Below are positions 14,752 to 28,400 of a stretch of DNA of 64,000 nucleotides, piece after piece. Each line of letters opens with the position of its first letter. Positions within the stretch are counted from its first letter, which is position 1. The notes under the pieces are model-generated. The model searched no databases, had not been told where the DNA came from, and worked only from the letters and a program-made list of their open reading frames with translations. The position numbers and the translations under genes were made by a program. Origin of the DNA: Lingula anatina (taxonomy: Eukaryota > Animalia > Brachiopoda); assembly GCA_051362555.1 (NCBI GenBank), contig CM120641.1, forward strand, positions 48,676,401 through 48,740,400. The letters run 5' to 3'.

Positions 14752-17391
14752 GACAGGGGGAGGGGGGGGAGGAAGACTCACCTGTACATCTCTCAGACTC
14801 TGGTAGTAACACCTGAGGGTCACCTTGGCGTTCTCCTGGGTGTCCACGTCCCGAATTCTGACCGCGTTTTGGTCATTGGTCAGTACTTCCCCTACAGCTG
14901 CATCCTGGGTGACATAAACATACTTGCATTTTAACAGATAACAATTGTGCTATATGGGAGTTCCAATATACTTATACACACAGTGATATTCAGGGTGCAC
15001 ACTTCAATTAACATTATCTAGTGCATTATCTGGTAATTTTTGTGCCCTTGGTTAGGAACTGTGCATGTTATTTACAAATGACACACCCAGGCTGCTGCCC
15101 CCTGGTGGAGTGCAGAACCAGAATTACTTTTTTTCCCTTTTTTCTATATCTTACAATTCGTCCCTTTAACAAAGATATATAAATATATATATATTAAATG
15201 CTATAGTTATAAACTTTGAACATGGACAAAGCTTAGGCATGTATTATTCTAATAACACTGACTTGAAGAGGGAGAAACTATAGGAAAATGACATCAATAT
15301 TACCTCTCTGACTTTGCTGTTGTAGTTTTCTGAGTTGAGAAATACTGGAGGATTATCATTCACATCTATTATTGCCACATTTAAATCCACTGGACTCTGA
15401 AATATGAACAAAAACATATCTTTACAGCGACATAAATTTGTTTCTGTGACTAAAGTATAAATTGCATATCTGTGTCAACACAGTAACCTGAGTAATACCT
15501 ACAGTATTTTTGATTTCAGTTTCCAGCTAAAGTATGCAACAATATGTAAAAAGTTAATTAAAATAAAAACAATGGAAAAAAGTCTGAGAACTGTAGCATG
15601 TGTGTGCAAGAGGCTCCTGGTGTATCTGTGTGCAAGAGGCTCCTGGGGAAGATGTACCCACCCTGTTGTTGAGGTTATCTGAGGCCACAAACTGGACTTT
15701 TAAATTTTGATCTGTGCTCTGAAAATAAACATAGGAGGTTAAAATATTTGACATTATTTTCCTTTTGACTGTCAACATAAGATCTATACACTGACTATAC
15801 ACACTAATCAAATGTACATGTGTACACTAACCTTACAAATTAAGTTTGATATGATGCAGGAGTTGGTATAATTCTTATATCTTATATTTATCATTCAATT
15901 TTATCCAAACATTTGACAGTGAAACAACTAATATAGACAAATTGAAAAATATGTATTTAACATTTACTTGAATGTGCCTGTTAATGTTAAAATAGAGCAA
16001 TGAGAATGACTTTTTCCATATGATGTCTGTTTATTTGCCAGTTTTGCTGTCTAGTCCCATCAACTTCTTCATAATCACCTCATAATCCAGGTTCTTGGCC
16101 AGTGTCACCAGTCCCGACGTCCTGTCCACGTTAAAGGTGTCGCTAGTGGTCGTGTACGAGACAGGGTCGTTTTCAGGGTCTTCTGCTATTAATGTACCTA
16201 TCTCGGATCCTGCAATAGCAAGAACAATACAATGTGATAAATTATCACAACATCTGCAACAGCAGTATCAATACAATATGATACAATATCACAATGTCTG
16301 CAACAGCAGTATCAACACAATATGAAACAATATCACAATGTCTGCAACAGCAGTATCAACACAATATGATACAATATCACAATGTCTGCAACAGCAGTAT
16401 CAACACAATATGATACAATATCACAATGTCTGCAACAGCAGTATCAACGCAATATGAAACAATATCATAGAGCCTGCAATGATGTTCAAACAGCCATATT
16501 ACTATAACTTTTTTTAAAATCAAATGTAAGGAACACTTACTTTTATATAAATGTTTTTTTCATTCATACATATCAAATAATATTTGTGCTGTGTATATAT
16601 ATTATAATATATAAAACTGAAAATGTGCAAAAATAAATGAACAATAATAATTAATAAGGGTCTTCGTCTATAATATACAGTAAAAAATACTCTCTACTTA
16701 TCTATTTAGTGAAATAATTCAGTCTTTAAACTTGAAAAGTTGTCTAAGCCATATTTACCTATTGGCAACCCTTCCCTTAACCCCTGTATAGAGATGATAT
16801 TACTGAGGTCTTCCACCCAGTTAGGTGCTCTGTTAGACTGACATTGAGCTGAAATATTCAAAAGAATATTAAATAGGGTATAACTTTTCAAATTTTCTTG
16901 TTTGATAAAATCTTGTGGCAATAACTTAAAAGTATAGAAATTAACCTAGGAAGTGTCTGCAGTGTTTTGCAGGACACTTAATCTGCACAACCCTCTCGTT
17001 TTCATAAACGCAGAGATAACTAATACTTTGTAACAAACTTTGTTCTTATAAGTCTGACATATAACGTCAGTTAACATAACAGCCATTCTACCTGATACCC
17101 AGTGAAGAAATTTGACTGCAACTGGGTCACATTTTTCTCATGATTCCATTTTCACATTACACTGTTAGAATAAAAATAATTTTCCCAAACAAATGAGCAA
17201 TTTTGAAATTATTAAAATTCTGTCACCTTTAGGTAAAATTCAGATAGTGTCTACATGACAGGACACGAAAACTGCCCTATGCCATGAACATATTTATAGG
17301 ACCTATGTCACTTATGATTAGAAGGATCTCATGTCTTACCTGTGTGTACCCATAATAATGTCACTCCTAGGTAGAATAATCTCAAGTCCAT
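1..17391 (-). CDS. Cadherin-87A/CDH23-like non-classical cadherin, multi-exon, 3' part outside window
   Basis: Signal-peptide exon 17391-17340 (MDLRLFYLGVTLLWVHT) splices in phase to 16848-16759 (AQCQSNRAPNW..). Further GT-AG exons, approximately: 16209-16079, 15718-15662, 15396-15304, 14904-14782, 14572-14440, 13946-13830, 13378-13300, 12855-12725, 12437-12248, 11922-11752, 11187-11028, 10752-10685, 10395-10155, 9782-9634, 9328-9251, 9024-8952, 8525-8342, 8190-8065, 7740-7600, 7223-7081, 6738-6503, 5931-5768, 5414-5289, 5044-4922, 4636-4455, 4203-3971, 2889-2693, 2216-2101, 1846-1724, 1496-1259, 830-548, 372-285, 88-1. Repeated cadherin Ca2+ motifs (DxNDNxP, LDRE/LDYE, AxDxD); about 14 EC repeats counted, then a non-EC membrane-adjacent region (VYVIKDYEKLKFVFDEDP..). 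Subfamily assignment is inferred from this architecture. Confidence 0.93.
2508..2669. mobile_element. Short non-autonomous TIR element (CAGGCCCGTAGC...GCTACGGGCCTG family), degenerate copy
   Basis: G-run, 'ggttcaaa', 'aaaaggt..tctgg.taaa.tttt.tctag' and the end 'ctacgggtctg' match the copies at 31989 and 56294. Confidence 0.55.
2930..3995. repeat. Minisatellite, 34-bp unit, about 30 copies, derived from a cadherin exon end plus splice donor
   Basis: Unit ctcccttcctcagtaatgttgaactgtatcccat, contiguous with no spacers; the first copy is the true exon/intron junction at 3971/3970. Confidence 0.97.
6032..6532. repeat. Minisatellite, 38-bp unit, 13 copies, derived from a cadherin exon end plus splice donor
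   Basis: Unit aataatccaacacccacctgaagtcctgtccacaa(c/g)aa; one 39-bp unit near 6263; the first copy is the true junction at 6503/6502. Confidence 0.97.
7792..7832. repeat. (GT)n microsatellite, followed by a degenerate CAGG-family TIR element to about 8035
   Basis: Direct reading; the downstream G-run, 'aaaaggtcc' and terminal 'ggcaacatgtaggcctg' resemble the 31989 copy. Confidence 0.8.
8755..8913. mobile_element. Dispersed short repeat/MITE, copy 1 of 3 (ends ..gaaaatatctctg.atctgcccct)
   Basis: Shares 'ttctgttggaaga..tcaaaatggaggatggatcaaca.agata.tttgga..actgtcagaaaatatctc' with 13116-13279 and 52046-52208. Confidence 0.8.
13116..13279. mobile_element. Dispersed short repeat/MITE, copy 2 of 3
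   Basis: Same core as the 8755 and 52046 copies; ends gggcgga... and ...gatctgcccctg are imperfect inverted repeats. Confidence 0.8.
14706..14748. repeat. (AG)n microsatellite
   Basis: Direct reading. Confidence 0.95.
16240..16468. repeat. Minisatellite, 44-bp unit, about 5 copies, next to a cadherin splice acceptor
   Basis: Unit ctgcaacagcagtatcaacacaatatgatacaatatcacaatgt. Confidence 0.93.
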
Positions 17392-19869
17392 TCCTCAAGA
17401 CTGTCACCTAGAAATATAAATAACATTTACACTTATTTTACAGCATCCTAGTTAAAGCAACATTTCTAGACACAAGTGTACTCACCATTTTTATATATAA
17501 CCAATTCCAGAACATTTTACAGTTTTCTCATTTTTTCTCAGACACTTCCATATACAGTACAGGGCCTATATGGTGAGGATAAACACACTGACAATGGGAT
17601 GTTTAACAAACTTTTTCTCAAAAAAGAACACCTTTATATAAAATTTCAATTAAGCATATTTAATTTTCCTACCTGATACCACTGAATGTAACCTGAAGTA
17701 TATTTAGAAACTATTTCTTTTTGTTTCTCCTTTGTTAGTTGACACAAGAAAAAATCCTCCACAGAAGAACACAAAAGAAGTCTTTTGACTGCTGATATTC
17801 TCTCTATTCCTGAGTAATCCTGTTATAAACAATATACAATCGGAATAAAATGCCTCAGTGTAAATGGATAAAAAAAAAAAGCTCCAATTCCTTCTAAATT
17901 TCAGTGTGTATTTTAGATGGCTTCTCAGTCTATGCAGAGTACAGGTAAAACTAGTACAGGTGTGTCTTTACTTTCCTCAATATCACATTAATCAGTCCAG
18001 CCCAGCTTATTAGCATGCAGTAACAGGGGCTGAATCACTTCTCTACAGAATGAGACACATTGGAAAATGTCACGTCAATCATACTGGTGCAATGTTTTTT
18101 ATATCATGTAAGGATGGTAGCTTTGTTTTACATAAATCATCAGACATAACCAGACAATGGGTTTTCCAGATGAGTGCATATTTATTTTTGGATCATTTAG
18201 ATGCATTAATTTCAAGTGATATAAGCCAATTTCTACTACTAAAGTTTCTTGAAGACATATATTTCCAATCTAATTTATTCATTCTTATTTTGATACATTT
18301 ACCTTATGTACCCCCCTTGCCCTTTTCTCCAACCCATCTTAGAAAATAAATCACATATCATTGTTACTAAAGGAACATTCTTTTATTATATTTATACTCA
18401 ACAAGTTTTAAAAATGTCACTTATAATTTTGTGAGCAATGAGCAGTATCTAGACTAACTGAAGCCAGCAGTACACTTTACTTTTTGACTTACTGATATAT
18501 GTTGTTTTTATTTCATGATAACTAGTTAAATAAGGTCTTTACCCCAAAAAAGGAAGAAACAAGCTTCAGGCCTAGCTGTCTAAATCAAAAGCAAATCCTA
18601 TAATTAATCCTACCCTGTACTGTTGGAAAATCTTAAATTTCTGGAAGGGAGAAAACACACATTAATTTGTCTAACTTGAAAAAGGGATATAAGCTATTCT
18701 CTCATATGCTGATGTAAACGTTCTATTTGGGACTGAAACAGAACAGTGACAAACGACCCAACAAACGTCAGTCCTAAAAAAAATGAGTAAGGCGTAATTG
18801 TTTTTGCAATGAGTATGCAAGCTAAGAACTTTCTGATTTATTCTTTCAATTTTTTTTCTTTTGTCAAGAATCAATCTGTTTTATAGGAGCAAAAGTGGGT
18901 TTTACATACTAAAATAATTTTAAAAACTACAGAAGAAAAAAAATAAGAATAAACTATTATGAGCACAACCAGTATATGAGGATATGTGTCTTTGAAAAAA
19001 GAAAAATCAATCCCATTTTCATGGTGGCTATATATACCAGTTTATTTAAATATTCCACTTTTAATTGTTACCGCATATGTTTTCAGACTTCAAGTACATG
19101 TGCACTGCATTATTTACAAACTGAGAACTACCGGAAAAGGTTCGGGTACATTTACTGGTAATAGTCGGTTTTACGTGTCCCTATTTAATTGTTAATACTT
19201 CATTCATGTCATAAACTACTGTATATCACTATATATATCACATCTACAACTACAACTATATCACATATCTACATCCTTCTTTTTTCAAAAATGAAAAACA
19301 TTTGTGGCAGTCACTGAAACAAATTTGCCACAAATCTTTTCCTGTTTTTATGGTAACAAAATACACACAGGAGATATTGGTTCAAATCAGAAAAGGGCCA
19401 ATACAACTTTCCTTCTATCACTACGCATATAAAGTTTAAATACAGTGTAGATTATAAATAACCAAGTTCAGGTGATGTTGCACTAGACCACATGTCGCAG
19501 TTAATAGGTTTGGACAAACTCTAAATCAATAAATGAAAGAATAAACAAGCAAAGAAACTCAAACAAGTGACAAATGTCACAGAAGTGCGTCAGCTGAAAC
19601 ATTAATAAGGCGTTCAGCTCACGGGCTCAGTCTTCCTTCATCACAACACTAGTCTAACATGCGACTTAACATGTCATATTAAATCAGAGCTCACCACTTT
19701 AGGCGTCACAATTACTGTTAATTATCGGTTAGTGACATGTCCAGCAGAAAACGAGACGCTACAGATGAAGAGAAATTAAAATTGTGCGTCTGGCAAATCG
19801 CATAAGGCATGTGCGCGTTCACTGCGTTCCCCTCTTAGCTTAGGGGAGCACAGCTATTAAAACTCTCAC

Positions 19870-20110
19870 CTCCCAGCAATGGCCTCCATGCAACTACTTG
19901 ACAAAGTTTACACTTAACACATGCGTCACTCGGTTTAACTTTCCACATTATTCCTTTTAATAACAATAAAACCGGTTCCAAAGTGGGTCAGGTACGCCGG
20001 TGGCGGCACCACCTGCTTTACCTGTGCGATGCGCTTACAAGATGCGCCAGTTCAAAGCTAACGCGTCTTTTTTTTGTCTGGAGTTTCAGAAAGTCGCGCG
20101 TCTATAGTAG
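19870..20110 (-). promoter_or_regulatory. Probable cadherin first exon and promoter region
   Basis: Local CpG/GC-rich patch; minus-strand donor GAG|gtgaga at 19870/19869; candidate second 5' exon with acceptor at 18773. Confidence 0.45.
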
Positions 20111-22005
20111 AAAAGAAATGTTAATTGGGTTACAAATTGGCATTGATTATCACTAATTTTTAAAGTGTATTCATGCCTGTGCCATATCGTTTTATATATA
20201 TATATATATATAAAAGAAAGCATCCAAATTATTCAACAAATTTGTTGGAGTTTATAATATAGGCTATTTAACAGCCTCTTCTTCTACTTACCACTTAACC
20301 AGGTAGAGTTTCGTGTTCTTAGCACACTTGGAAACATGATATTTCTATTCATGTCCTTCACTAGCTATTGTCTAGTTATTTGCAAGCCAATTCATAATGT
20401 CACAATATATGTGTGAAAAATGTGACTATATTCAGCAGAGGGGCCAGTCATGATATCAAGCAGCAAAATGATGGCAATATACAACTTGATAAAAATACGG
20501 CTTATACTCGTGCTTACACTTTTTAAGATTAAGAAATTTATAAATTTTTTGATTTGTCACTCTTACTATATGATTATTTCGATCTTAGTTTATTGCTTTA
20601 TTTCATTTCATTTATTTATCCATTTAGGCCTACTCATTAATTTTATCTTCATTCATTGATTTTCATTTTTACTCTCCATAAGACGGAAAATGTCACAGAT
20701 GTGCACAAAAGTAAAAAAAAAATAAGGAAGTTGGCAAGCAAATGCGCTTTAAAATACTGTATACAGCAAAGAGCGCAAATATAAGAAAATACAAATAGAA
20801 AAAAAAAAAAACTCTTGACTACTGATTTACAAGTTCAGTTTAGCCACTTCACTGTCCCTCCCCAATTACAAACAGCGTGGCTGGAGCTGCCCACTCGATA
20901 CCTGATTAAACTGACAGTGATCCCAGCTAAGCCACAAGTTATCTGCTGTTTCATCATATTTCTAGGCGTATTCTTCTTGGCGACAGGACTCTGTGCCACG
21001 GCGTCATACCAAGGTTCCTGTACTCCTTGATAACGCCAAAACGTCTTTTGCAAGTGCTGTTAATTGGAATAAAAGTAAAAAAGGAGTTGAGCACATTAAT
21101 AAAAATATCATGATACTCTATTAAATAAAAATCATTATTACGAACTAAACGAGAAAGCGGTTCGCTGTTTTTTTCTTTCTCATTTAGACTCTGATATCAT
21201 TCCCAAAAGTAGTAAAGTAAAAATAATGGAACTTACTTGGACCCGAAAAAATAGATTTTCTTTTCATATCGAATGAAAGGGGTCTGCTGTCAGATAATGA
21301 TCACGTATGACTTTTCTTTTCAACACATGTATTTGTAACAGTCATCGCCCTAAGGGCGTTATGTTGTGATTAGGGGCGGAAGTTGCTATTTTAGTTACCA
21401 TTTGCAGCTGTATTTTAAATAAAATTAGTTAATTACTTTGTTTTTCGTAAATACTATTTTTGGAATGCTGTAAAACTGTGGAGATGCTGAACAAGTTTGG
21501 TGAAATTCTTCAAAAATAAGTGCTTGAATTTCGGATGAAGGGTTTCCCTTTTCAGTCACACATCCGCTTGCTGTTCGATATCCTGTGGAAAGTACATTTT
21601 GTAGATTTGTTTTGAGTGTTATAAGCAAGCTCAAGTATCTTTTTCATGCTGTATCTCATGACATGAGATTATCGTTTAGGTGATAACCTTAAAGTTAAAG
21701 GGGTAACGTCCAACCTCTATCCATTCATATTTTGCTTCTAATGCAAACTTTAATGGCGTCTGTCTTGCAGTATTATCTATTTGTTCGAGATCTCGGCTAC
21801 TAATCCAGTATTTTGGCATCATCAAGATCACTCGTGCCATGCACAGCGTTCTGTTAATCTAGTAAAGTTATTAGTGGGTCAGAGATGACAGACGAGCAGA
21901 TGATGCCAGTCCTGTTTTATATATGAAGAACTGATTGTCATCTCGTAACTCTTGTCTTCCTTTTCCTGATTTGTACATGTAAGTTTAGGCCGAGTGCCGT
22001 TTGTT

Positions 22006-22017
22006 TTCTCTCTCTCT

Positions 22018-22094
<77 letters not shown>
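22006..22094. repeat. (CT)n microsatellite, interrupted
   Basis: Direct reading. Confidence 0.95.
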
Positions 22095-22097
<3 letters not shown>

Positions 22098-22424
22098 CTG
22101 CTCATGAACTAAGATACGCATACGTATATATGTATACTCACTCTTTAAACCACACTTGAACTTGCTCATTCTCTTAACGTTTATACAAGCAATGATAAGA
22201 TTTGCACAATATTTAGCAAGACGTAGGTGCGAAAATTTGCACTGTCCAATCAGCAGAATCTAAATCAAAAGCTTGTCAATTTCTTATCTCTCAAAATTCG
22301 TTCAAACTACAGCAATATATTGCTGGATTAATCTTTGGCTCGCCTCCAGTTTCCCGTGATTCTCTGCGCACGGCAAAACACAGAAGCAGGACTCTTGCTG
22401 TCTCTTTATTTACTGAGAAACGGA

Positions 22425-25400
22425 ATGGAACGCAGCAGAAAAGAAACTGAAAAGGTAGGTTGATAGTATCTAAAAATCACGAGACTTTACTTTCTTTTTT
22501 TCTTATTGCGATTATGTCTTGTAGTTATACTATTTAATATGTTTGATAGATATTGGTAGTTACGGACTACCGGTAACGAAACAAGTCGCATTTTTTCCGT
22601 GTCAGCATGAGAAAAAAATATCTATGTAAGCACATGTATTGATAGGGCCTAGCTGATAGCGACACAACTGATAGCGATAGAAAGTTTGATGGTTTTAAAC
22701 GGGATTATTAGATCAGTCAGTCTTTATGAAATTACTCAACTGCCAAAGAGGATGAAGACAATATTAGCACATACCTGTGAAGTGGTGAAGGATAGCTGGC
22801 AGTGAATTTATAACTAGTCTGTTACAATTTCAAAACAAAAGAGTGCAAAAACTGAACGCTTAATAACAGATGACAAATGGCAAGTCGTCCAGGATCCGTG
22901 TGTTATTTATTTCCTGTAAGGATCCTTTCATGACAGAAAACACGCCATTAGAATTATTTTTGCAAGGAGGATCCCGCATATCAATGTCTCGGGTCATTTT
23001 GCTATAAAATAAGTCGTTTTTAAAAGTCAAGGGAAGGTAAAGTTTTTTAAAATTATTGAATCACATTAAAATGTGTTAGTAATGGTTTTAATTTGCTTTT
23101 TAATTTGCAAAGTGATGACAAGATTAAGGTTATTGTCACTGTTATTTAAACCACAGCGGCTTTCTTTCTCAATATTGTCGAGTCTGAAATCAAAAGCAGA
23201 AGGTTCTATTTGCCTCTATGAAAATGTGTATTTGTTATAAGCATTTTCGCATAATATGCAAATGGAAAGGAAACCCTGATTGAAAAAGCTCGTTACACAA
23301 ATTATCGTTTTTATGTCTGAATAATTCCGGACTTGGTTCAAATTTAGTTGTCAGAAACGCACAGTGCGTTGAAGACAGAACTAGTAATTTTATCATTTTA
23401 AAAAAGCATTTACTCAAGCCAAGTGCTTCCGAAAGAAACCCCCTAAAAGTTACTTAGCAAGTGCTCAACCATTTGAAATGTAAGCCGTGGAAGACATAAA
23501 TGTAAGCAAACAGTAGCTCAAGTATTTAGACGTTATCATATGATGTGTGAAAAGTAACGGAACGCTGAAGCAAAGCATGTTTGTTTATACACGTGCATTG
23601 CCAAAACTTGCTAGCTTGGAACATGTGGCAATTTTCCAAAAAAAAAAAAAAATCAAATTCCAGACAAATTCTTATGTAAGATATTCATAAAATGTGCTAA
23701 ATGATATATATTCTAACCAGAAAAAAAAATAAATCAAATTAGTCGATGGCAATATGTTAGGGAATAAGTAGTTTAATACTTGTTTTTTGGAGAATTGCAA
23801 TCACCCCTTTGGGTTCATATGTTTCGAAAAATATACAGTATTGAATGAGACTTCTTTTTCAATACTTTGCCAATACTTTGTCCGTCAGTTTGTCTGGGGT
23901 GTGTAATTGTCTGTGTCTGTCAGTATGTTTGTCGTTAAGCCTCTCGGACCTCTCTCTATTTCTCTCTCACACACACGTGCGCGCGCGCTCGCTCCCACGT
24001 TCTACTGGTGATACTGACGTAAGTAAGGCAGAGATGAAGAGACTGCTTTGATCTGTCTGCAGAGTTATCTGAGAAAGACCAGCCCACCCTGCAACATAGC
24101 CACGCCATCGTCCGCTCGCCCAGCAATGATGACATCCACTAATCAATAATGTAGTATCTTGTGATTAGAGTTTATTAAGTATGTAATCCGCTTCCGACGA
24201 CTACCACAATGTGAAGATACATGAAGTCATCCGTTGTCATAATTACAATATGACAACATATTATAAGCCTATTTCGGAATCTTTGAGAGAGACTTAGGGA
24301 ATTTATTTGATTCAGTATTCAGTATTCTAAGTGTAAAATTATATATATAAAAGTATCCCTACAAGTTACAGTCAATGTGAATGATTTTGATTGGTTACGT
24401 GCTCAGTTAATTAAGGTAATGGTTTGGGGGGCACGGGACGTGTTTCCGAATTTTCCTTCTCTGTAGGCCTATTTTGTAGCAACAACAGAAATACATAGCT
24501 GGGTACATATATAATCCAAAAAATAAAATTTTTATTCTTTGCAAGTATCTAGGCAATGTGAAGGAACTAACAGGACCGAGTACACACATCATTCCCAGTC
24601 CAAATGGCACGCCTCTTTTACTTGTTCGTTGTTAAGTATTCGTTAGTATGGATGTTTTATCATCAAACCAGAAATATTACAGATTATAATGATAATTTAA
24701 GAATTCTCTTTCGTAATCTTAATAAGATGAGCCCATCCTCCACCCTGATAGCTGTCATTCGGTAGTCCACAAATACCAGTGTCGTCTGCTTGTTTCTCGG
24801 CGGAATGGTTCATATCTTTAGGCTGATACAGCTTCTGTTGTCCCTCCCCACTCTCAACAACCATTGACAGGTACTTGACAGAGCGGCCTATGGAAGTCGC
24901 TTACATGCCCCTCTTGATGAAGATGATATGTTTGTCTTTCACAAAGACCGCCATTGATTTGGGGCACAAAGTACACAGTTCTAACACGTGCTTATCTCGC
25001 TTAACTCGTGTAGAAATGTCCATCTTCTTGTCAGTCTTCACAGCTATGTACCGACGTTAATAAAAAGAAATAACGATTGGAAAACTTCTCCGAAAAATAG
25101 TGTATCAATGAGTCATGAAGAACAACGTACGGTGTGTCATTGATGCACGTGGTTTCTTAAAAACTTATTTCAATAATATATACTTCTTTGTTAAAGCATT
25201 GAATAATTGTTTAGCAAACGAAATTACCGATGTCTGTGAAAAAGGTATTCCAAAATTGCAATAGAACACTGCCTTATTAGCTGTGTTTCATTAGATTGTA
25301 GGGGAGAACACTTGTGAGGGAGAGTACATGTATCCAAAGTTCATTTCGTGATTTAATTCTCTTTCCTAACATTTGCTCTCACACTTCAAAAGGTGATAAA

Positions 25401-28400
25401 CTTGATAATGTTGATTATATTCCAGGATGATTTGCCATAGCCTGGCCTTTATAACCCCATCTTTGCTTGTATTCTTGTGGCATTCAAACGTTGTCATTTC
25501 TCCTGGTAAACTGACTGCACATGGCGCATCTTACCTGTCCCGGCTCGGAGGGGGGGGGGGGGGGGGGGGGGGGAGAAGGGAGGTTATGGGGGTATTGTTT
25601 ATTTTTCATAAATCATGATTGTCTCCACTATATCGTGCCTTGATATTATATGGACTTTAACCATTATACGCCACTAAATATTACGATTTAGAAATGTCAA
25701 TAATAAAGTGAGAAGGGGTTACTTTCTGGTTTTGATACTTCTCCTTACGTTAAATGAAGGAGGCATTTCAGCGAGAGTTCCCCCAAATTTAGATCGATCC
25801 ACGTAAACCTCTGGTGTGCAGTGGAATGGGTCCTTACAAACCCTCTTCTTCAGCTTTGTGTACTAAGCTGGAGACCCTAGAGTTATCAGAAGGTATTCTG
25901 AACTTGCTCTAATGAACTGCGTGCATTTGTTTATTCCTCCTCAGAACTGCTACGACAACAAAGCATACATGGCCGACCAGCAGGGTGAAACGTACTTGCC
26001 TCTTAGCAGCAGAGACTGTTTCGGGGACAGAAATCCCAGATTAAGCAAAACGATGGAGGAAAACCCACAAAATACAGGAATAATCCAAAATACTTCACAC
26101 TACCCTATTTTTACAAGCAAAAGAAGCCGTAGAAAGCGAGTAGTTATCTTCATGGCAGTTTTTTGCGCTGTTTCCTTGACAGCAGCCATTATAGCTGTAC
26201 TTGTGGTGTTTCTCCCCGAGCAAGGTAAGTACTGGAAGTCCCTTATGGAAGCAGTATCGAGTCAAGATTTGTACACATGCTGATATCATAATAGCAAGAT
26301 GCCTGGACCTTTTAGTAAAACAATCGTTGTGAACGAACAAGATTGCGCTACGCTGAAGAGTGATCGGTGCTCCATGGCACTTTTACTTCTCAAAAAGTTC
26401 TCACAATCTGATCATCGTGCTAATATCTCTTATTTATTTAAACTCTTTTAAGCATTTAACATTATTTTCAGGCGAAACAGTTATATTTGACACAACAAGG
26501 GATGATCTCTTTACAAACGGGCAATCAACGTTTTCCACAGAGTCCGTCGTTTCTCAAGGCACCCCAGGTACAGCTAATCCTGACTCATTAAACCCCGTGC
26601 ATGTCAAGGAATTAGACTACTTTCAATTCATTTCTTTAGTTATAATTCCCTGTGAAGAAGATTTGTTTCATGTCTATAAATTATTCAGCAATTTAAGTGT
26701 CCTGTTTTGGAGGCAATTTGCTGTTAATATATATGAATATATTTCCATTTGTGAATTCAAAATGATGTTTCAAAAAATCATTTGTTTCGACCCTGGATAT
26801 TTTCATATTTCAGTTTCTCCACATCCACAAATATATCACTGTAGGATCAGAATAGTCGGCGGGCCATATAATAGATTTACTGCTCAACTTTTAAATACCT
26901 CTTCGCCACTATTTATAGATTTATCAAAAGCCTTCCAGGAAGAAGTAGGTATCCATCTCCACTGTGCGTGTTACGATTGGTTCGGTTCGGGTTCGGGTGA
27001 AGAAAAAAAACGCCCCTAAATATTGATAATATGTTGATTTTTTCTTGTAATTCAAATGAATTGTACATAATGTTGTCCCTGGTGTAGACAGGTTTGTGTA
27101 AACCACATTTTAAAATACCATATACATGTAGCTTATAAGCCTCCGTGTGGACATCAATACTGAGATGATAAGCCAAAATTGCAAAGCGGAATATGGTGTT
27201 TTGCTGCCATTTGGCCGCATGCGTGATGCGTTTTCAAAATTTCTGTCTTGCTGATTTATATTTTGAATTAGAATATTATATCGTGCCATACTTCATGGAA
27301 AACTATCATATTTAACAAAATCTGTCATTTCGATTTTAAACATAAATATTTGATAAAATGTTTCTGTTTTGTAGATGAACAGGATATTTCTGCAGAGCCA
27401 GTATCAAGACATCTACAATTCAACAGAAGTTCTTTCATTCAGGTGAAGATTTTCAATAAAATTATACCTCGCATTGGTTCGATTCATCTTAAAACTAGAT
27501 CTTTCAGCGTTTTGGGATCTGACTCCTGATAGAATAAAGTGAACTCCTATAGATGGTATTCTAAAGTGGAAAGGTATAATCTGCAGTCGTACATGCATGT
27601 TTTACAAACGATTTTAGTTTCGATATTTTTAAAAATACGATTGATGCTTGCTTAGCATATTTAATTTTTTAACATTCAACACGAAATGGATATACCAGTA
27701 GCCTACATGTGTGTTCTGTATGTATGTATGTATGTGACCTGGAGTGCTTGTTGCAATAATTTGAACATTTCTCAGAAGTGGCAGCGTTCTAGTGAACTAT
27801 GCAGTGCGCATGCTCCGGGCTGTCCCCAGCAATGACGTCAGGACCGCTACACTACATGCTATTTCCAAGAACGGAACATCAGGCAGCTTTACCTTCGACA
27901 GAGATTCGTTAACAGTATCCAAAGCAGGTGATATATTTAAGGAATATGCACCAAATAACAGGCAAATCAGACGCTCGTTCCATTCTTTGACTTTTTTTTA
28001 ACCCAATAAATTCAAACGAAACGTTCTTTTTCAACGCTCGTGGATCCTTTCAGTTATTTGACTCTAGTTTTGAAATTCTGGTTTTGCCACACAATGCAAA
28101 GATATTTGTAAACATTGATATTCGTAACATTCTGAAACGTCTTATAGTTTCCATTTTACAGTTCTTACTTTAAACATCTAAATACTGTGCAAGTGGGTGG
28201 TTTTTTTTTTTTGCTTCTTCTTTTTATTATAATGCTTCAAAATGTTCCTTTTTCGACGTGTAAATTAATTTACTAATATTTCCGTGTAATTCTCTATAAC
28301 CTTTTTTGGCGATAGTTTATGCACCGTGTTTATTTGATAATATTATCTATTCTCAGGTCACTTAATCGATATAAGGTGTATATTCGAAATGAAGAATATT

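Noticed and set aside
21879-22169. Poly-ER ORFs (also 14713-14934)
   Set aside because: Translations of (CT)/(AG) microsatellites
26360-27019. 219-aa ORF as a standalone protein
   Set aside because: Chance read-through joining two protease exons across intron sequence
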